Source: Geosiphon pyriformis uo1 (Eukaryota > Fungi > Glomeromycota). From it: a stretch of DNA of 64,000 bases. This document shows positions 58,900 through 64,000 of this stretch, one piece after another (positions within the stretch are counted from its first letter, which is position 1; the number at the start of each line of letters is the position of its first letter). The stretch spans positions 402,485-466,484 of the forward strand of contig JAAOMT010000213.1 in the NCBI GenBank assembly GCA_016748015.1, given 5' to 3'. The translations under genes were made by a program, and so were the position numbers. The notes under the pieces were generated by a model. That model made no database searches and had not been told where the DNA came from. It saw only the letters and a program-made list of their open reading frames with translations.

Positions 58900-61800
58900 C
58901 AAATAAGTTTATTTTTATTTATAAATTAAATTGGTTATAAGTATATTATCAAATGTATATAAAATATTTGTTATGGCAGTTAACAATAATTAATATCTTA
59001 TTCAAAAATGAAAGCTTTAATAATCACGTTTATTTTTATATTCAAAACAAAAAATTAAATTAAACTTTACAATAAGTCTGAAAAACATGAAATTAAATTA
59101 TAAATCCAAAAATATTTATAAAATAATCTGCAAAATTACTTTTTATTTACATTAAATAAGAGGAATTAATTTAAAAAAATGTATTTTGGCGAATGGAAGT
59201 ATTGTGGCAAAGTTATCAAAATAAAATTCTTGTGTGAGAATAAAATGCGTAAAAGTATGTCCATTTTTTTATTTGAATAAATAGCATTTTTTATACAAAT
59301 TATCACAAATTATTAACTTAAAATATCTCTTTATACTTTATAAAAAATAAAAATTAATATAATTTTAATATATAATAATATAAAAATATCAGTTTTGACA
59401 AAATAATATACATATATGATATTAATATAAAAATTTAATAAATATAATATTTTAAAAATAAATTTTACCCAATAAATTTTTAAACAATAAACTTTTTGTA
59501 ACTATTATTTCGTAAAAACAGTTAAACAAAATATTATATTAATATTGATTTAAAACAATTTTTGACTGTTTTAGATGTACTTTTTTTATTTTTAATTGGA
59601 AGTTTTTTTAAAAAACACATTAAAAATAGTTTTAATATTGTTTTTACTGTTAACAAAAGTCTTTAAATTTTTTAAAATAAGCTTGTATTAAAGTTTTTAT
59701 TTTTTTAGCAACTTTTGCAATTGCTATTATTACTACTTTTAAATAACTACTAAAACAATAACTATAATAATAACAAATGATATTATTATCTTAAACCAGT
59801 TTTTTTAAAACAAATAAAATTTTACTTTTAGGTTTTTCTTAACTTTGTAATATATTAACAAAAATATTAGTTTTAATTAAAATAAATACAAATTTATATT
59901 AATTATATTGTTTAATATAATTATTTTTTTTAATTATAAAAGTAAAAAAAATTATTTTTTTAATATATTTTTATCTAATTTTTATATAATAATGTTTTTT
60001 TAAAAATTAAATTAAATTATGTAAAACATGTATTTTAGTTATTATCTGGTTTTATTGGATTTAAATTGGGTTTTAAAAACAATATTAAGTTGTTTTATAC
60101 AAAATTTATATTTATTTGTTGTTATTTTATTTTCTGGTTTTTAAATTTAAAAATATGTATTTATAATTATTAAAACTAATATATCAGATTTATTAAAAAT
60201 TTTATATTATAAATATTGTTATAAATATTATTTAATAATAATAAAAACTTCCAAAAAATAACCAATTTATTAAAAAAATAAATAATAATAAAATATATAT
60301 TAAAAATTACCAGTAATTAACAAATTAACAAAAATTAATTATTTTAAAAAAGCTGTATCTTTTTTATTTTTATTATTATTTATTAATAATACATTAATAA
60401 CTGTTAAAATTGCTTAACAATATTTTATAAAGATATTTCTTTTAAATAAAATTATAATTAAATAGTCTTTTATTGTTTTAAACTTATTTTTTTTCAAATT
60501 GGCTTATCTAAAGTAGTTTTGATATAATTTTTATTTTTTTTAAAAATTTTAAAATATTTAATAAAAAACTGATAATTAAGTTGTTGTTTTTTTGTTTTTT
60601 CTTTTACTGCTATTTAAATAATAAAAAAACCAAAACAACCAAGAATTAAACTATTTATATTTTTATTATATTTAATAACAACTTTTTTAAAGTGCTAAAA
60701 AATCTTTTTTTTGGTATTTTTGATAATTTTAGTGTTTTAAAACTTATTTTTTTTGTAAAAATAAAACTTTGGTTTTTTTTGCCCTTTTTATTTTTTTATT
60801 AGTTTTGTATTATTTGTATTAATTATAATGTCTAGTTTTATTATAACTATAAATAAAAAATAAATTTTTATTTAAAATAATAAAATAAATATAAATATAA
60901 ATTAATAAGCTAATAAATAATAAAAAATAATAATATTAAATAATAATAAAATAATTAAAAAGATAATTCAACTTTAATAAGTGAATTAAATTAATAAAAA
61001 TTTAATATGTAAGATTAGTTTTATAAATATTTCAGTTATTATTCTTTTCAAAAAATAACAAAGAAATTTAAAAATAGAAAAATAGTCTGTATTATTAATA
61101 AAAGATAACATATTAATATAATTTTATGTCTTATATTAATATTTTAGAATTCAATATTAAATATTAATTGTATTTTTCAGTAAATATTTATTCAATATAT
61201 TTTACAAAAACCAATAATTATACAAATTAAAAAAAAAATATAGTAAAAAAAAATAAAAAAGTTAATATTATTATATTAATTTAAGTATAATTTAAGTGTA
61301 AATATTTTTCTATAATTCTTAAAATATCTTATTTATATACAATAAAAAAAAAATTAATAATTATATTAGTAATTCAATTAATAACCAGATTAATAATTAA
61401 GTCAATAATCAAGTTAATAATTATATTAACAACTTATTTTAAAAATAAGTTGGTTAATTATATAATATTAATAGCTAATACATATGCTTAATTATAGTTA
61501 AGTAAATAGATAAGATTTAAAAAGTAAAAGTTTTATTCATAATATTATTCTTTCCAAAAAAATTAAGCTCTGGCAAAATAAAATTATATAAAAAAAATTT
61601 TGAAGTTTTTATCTTAAAACTAACTAATTTGCTAAAATTTTTGACTGAAAAAATATAAAAAAATTAAAGTAATACTAGTTTAAATTCACAAAATTAAATC
61701 TTTGTATAAATATTTTGGTTCTTTTCACAATAATCAAAACTTTTAAAATATTTAAATATACAATGCCTAAAATTTTTGTTTGGATTTTTAAAGTTGTTTT

Positions 61801-64000
61801 TTTTAATAGTTTTATATTTTTTATAATTTTATCAAGTCTTTTATACTATTTAAGTTGTTTTTTATATGACAATTTTCTGTTTATAGATAATAATTTATTT
61901 AGTTTTTTTTTAATTATATTAGAAAAAATAAATATTTTAGCAGTTATATATTTACATATGTATTTTTCTAATATATTAACAATTTTCTGTTTTTTTGTAA
62001 CAGATTTTTAAAAGTTAATAACAAAATATACTTCAATTTTATCTTTAATTGTTATTTGTTCTTTAATTATAAACAAAATATTTAAATAGTTTTTTATTTA
62101 ATAGTTATGAATAATAAAAAAGACATTTTAAATAATTTAATTAAAGAAATATTTTTTTATGTTAATTAAAAATATGTTTATTTTAGAACTAAAATAATTT
62201 TTCTTATAATTGTTTTGGTGTTTTATTGTTAATTACTTTGAGTATTATAATAATTGGTAACTAATTAGTTTTTTTGTAATTTTTTTTAATTTGTATACTA
62301 TAAACAGATCAAATAATTAAATTTTATTTTATTTTAGTCTTATAATATATATAATGTATTCTAAGTTTTTTTTACTAATAAGCTAAAAAAAGCTTTTTTT
62401 TATTTTAAAGCAGTTTTTAAAAACATTTATGTCTATATATAATTTTTTTATAAATAAAATTAACAATTAAAATAGCTGTTTAGTTTGATATTGCTTTGAT
62501 TTTTACTTATTTTATTAAATAATTGGTTATTGTTATAATGTATCTATTTTTATTAAAAATTACAATTAAAGATTTAACAACATCAAATATAAAATAAATG
62601 TTTTTTTTCAATTGGAGTTTTTTTTTATTAGCAGATATTACAAGTTTTAATGTATTTTATTATATTTTTTCTTAATTTTGACCAGTGTTACTTATAGAAT
62701 ATAGGAAGTATATTAACATATAAATTAGCCAATCAGAAGTAGCCATAATAAATATAAAATTCTAGGATTCCTTTTAGAGAAATTGCAGAATTCTAGGAAT
62801 TGTAGAATTCTCATATAAAGAATCACAAAATTCCAAAATTTCAGAATTTTTCTTAAAGAAATTGCAAGATTCCAGAAATTTCAGGATTCCTGGTGTGAAG
62901 AATTAAGGAATTGAGAAATCTTAATTATGTATATATAGTGGTATCATTAAAAGTAGAAAAGACAGACCTCTGAGTTTAAATTTTATCTAAGCAATCTTTT
63001 AATTCACAAATATTAATAAATAATTATTTGCTATTTCAATTTACTATTCACTATCAACATTCTATGTTGATAGTATCAAATACTTGATTACACTGAAACA
63101 ATAACTCTTGATTATGACTATTAATGAGATACTAACTTTAATTGCCTTGGCTTATTCCTCTTTAATTTCTTTATTTCTTTTCTTTTTTTTATTTCTCTTT
63201 TATTGTTGTTTAATAATTGATTAAAAATTAAGCACTAAGTTACAGATGTTATAGAGACTGGTAAAAAACCCATGAAACAAGGGTAGAGAACTTATAAATT
63301 TGAGAATAGCTTACCAGGAAGATTACCAGTCATCACACTGAGAAAAAAATTTGACAGAATTGTGATTCTGGGAGATTACTGAAACAACCATTAAATTTCT
63401 TTCTATTATACAAAGGACTCAACCAAAATCTTTAGATACAAACAATCTACAGATATTACCAATATTATCAAGCAAATTAACACCAAGTTATGAGTTTGTT
63501 ATTTGATTTGAGATTCCAAATAATCATCTGTAACACCAATAATATTTTGCTAATGTTTTTTGAATAGTTTTTGTTTTTCCAAAATAGTTTGCTAAAAAAA
63601 TTAATATAAATATTATATATTATAATTTTTTTTTCTCAAATTAAATAACTCTTTATAAACAATTAGAATTTTTTTAGTTTTTTTTATATTATTAATTCTT
63701 ATAAATCAAATTTTTATTTGATTGTTTTTACAAATATTCACTTTGCTATTAATTATATTTTAATAAATATTGTTTTTACTCAAAAATTAGATAAAAGCTG
63801 AATAATTTTTCAAGTTTATTTGTTAATTTTTAATTTAAGCAATTAATTTTTATTAGATAACTAATTAAAATAAAGTATTTGTATTTTAATTGTTTATTTT
63901 TTTTGATATTTAATATTATAATTAAATTTATTTAAGTAGATAATCCAATAAAAAAGCTTTTTATAATCTAGCTTTCTTTTGTTTTTTAGCAAAATTAAAG
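58900..64000. other. Extremely AT-rich, gene-free tract with decayed repeat-like patches
   Basis: No credible ORF, and CpG is almost absent after about 59.5 kb. A slightly more complex patch lies at 62.7-63.55 kb. Confidence 0.7.

Noticed and set aside
61715-62011. 98-aa F/I/L/K-rich ORF
   Set aside because: Its composition follows from the AT-richness, it has a non-ATG start and it shows no motif. The same applies to ORFs 13250-13435 and 40419-40610.

Overview
Gene-dense segment of an intron-rich, AT-rich fungal nuclear genome. Mucoromycota, probably Glomeromycotina-like, is inferred from gene content, short GT-AG introns and a U12-type AT-AC intron. About 21 mostly housekeeping genes sit in tight head-to-head or tail-to-tail clusters separated by very AT-rich spacers: COG7, GH27 alpha-galactosidase, importin alpha, CWC27, PDCD2, an R3H-domain protein, an SDR, an ABHD4/5-like hydrolase, a ZIP zinc transporter, NDUFA13, an unknown protein, CBS, ethanolamine kinase, an AIG2/GGCT protein, NHX1, polyubiquitin, AFG2B, an F-box/LRR protein, WDR59, PEX3, TIP41 and PDX1. 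The most notable hidden element is a decayed Fanzor2/TnpB-like RNA-guided nuclease locus on the minus strand (about 25.8-27.4 kb), which the ORF track shows only as uninformative fragments. It has recognisable HTH, RuvC-I, WAHY/YTS and CxxC-DRD motifs and a stem-rich 3' end that may be the omegaRNA. Other points of interest are a Tc1/mariner-like transposase relic, clustered ZRE-like sites upstream of the ZIP gene, a minor-spliceosome intron in NHX1, a 9-nt microexon, a heme-motif-bearing CBS, a FAM104/VCF1-like protein with two candidate p97-binding helices, and Gcn4-type sites upstream of PDX1. All gene models and coordinates were read by eye and may be off by a few bases.
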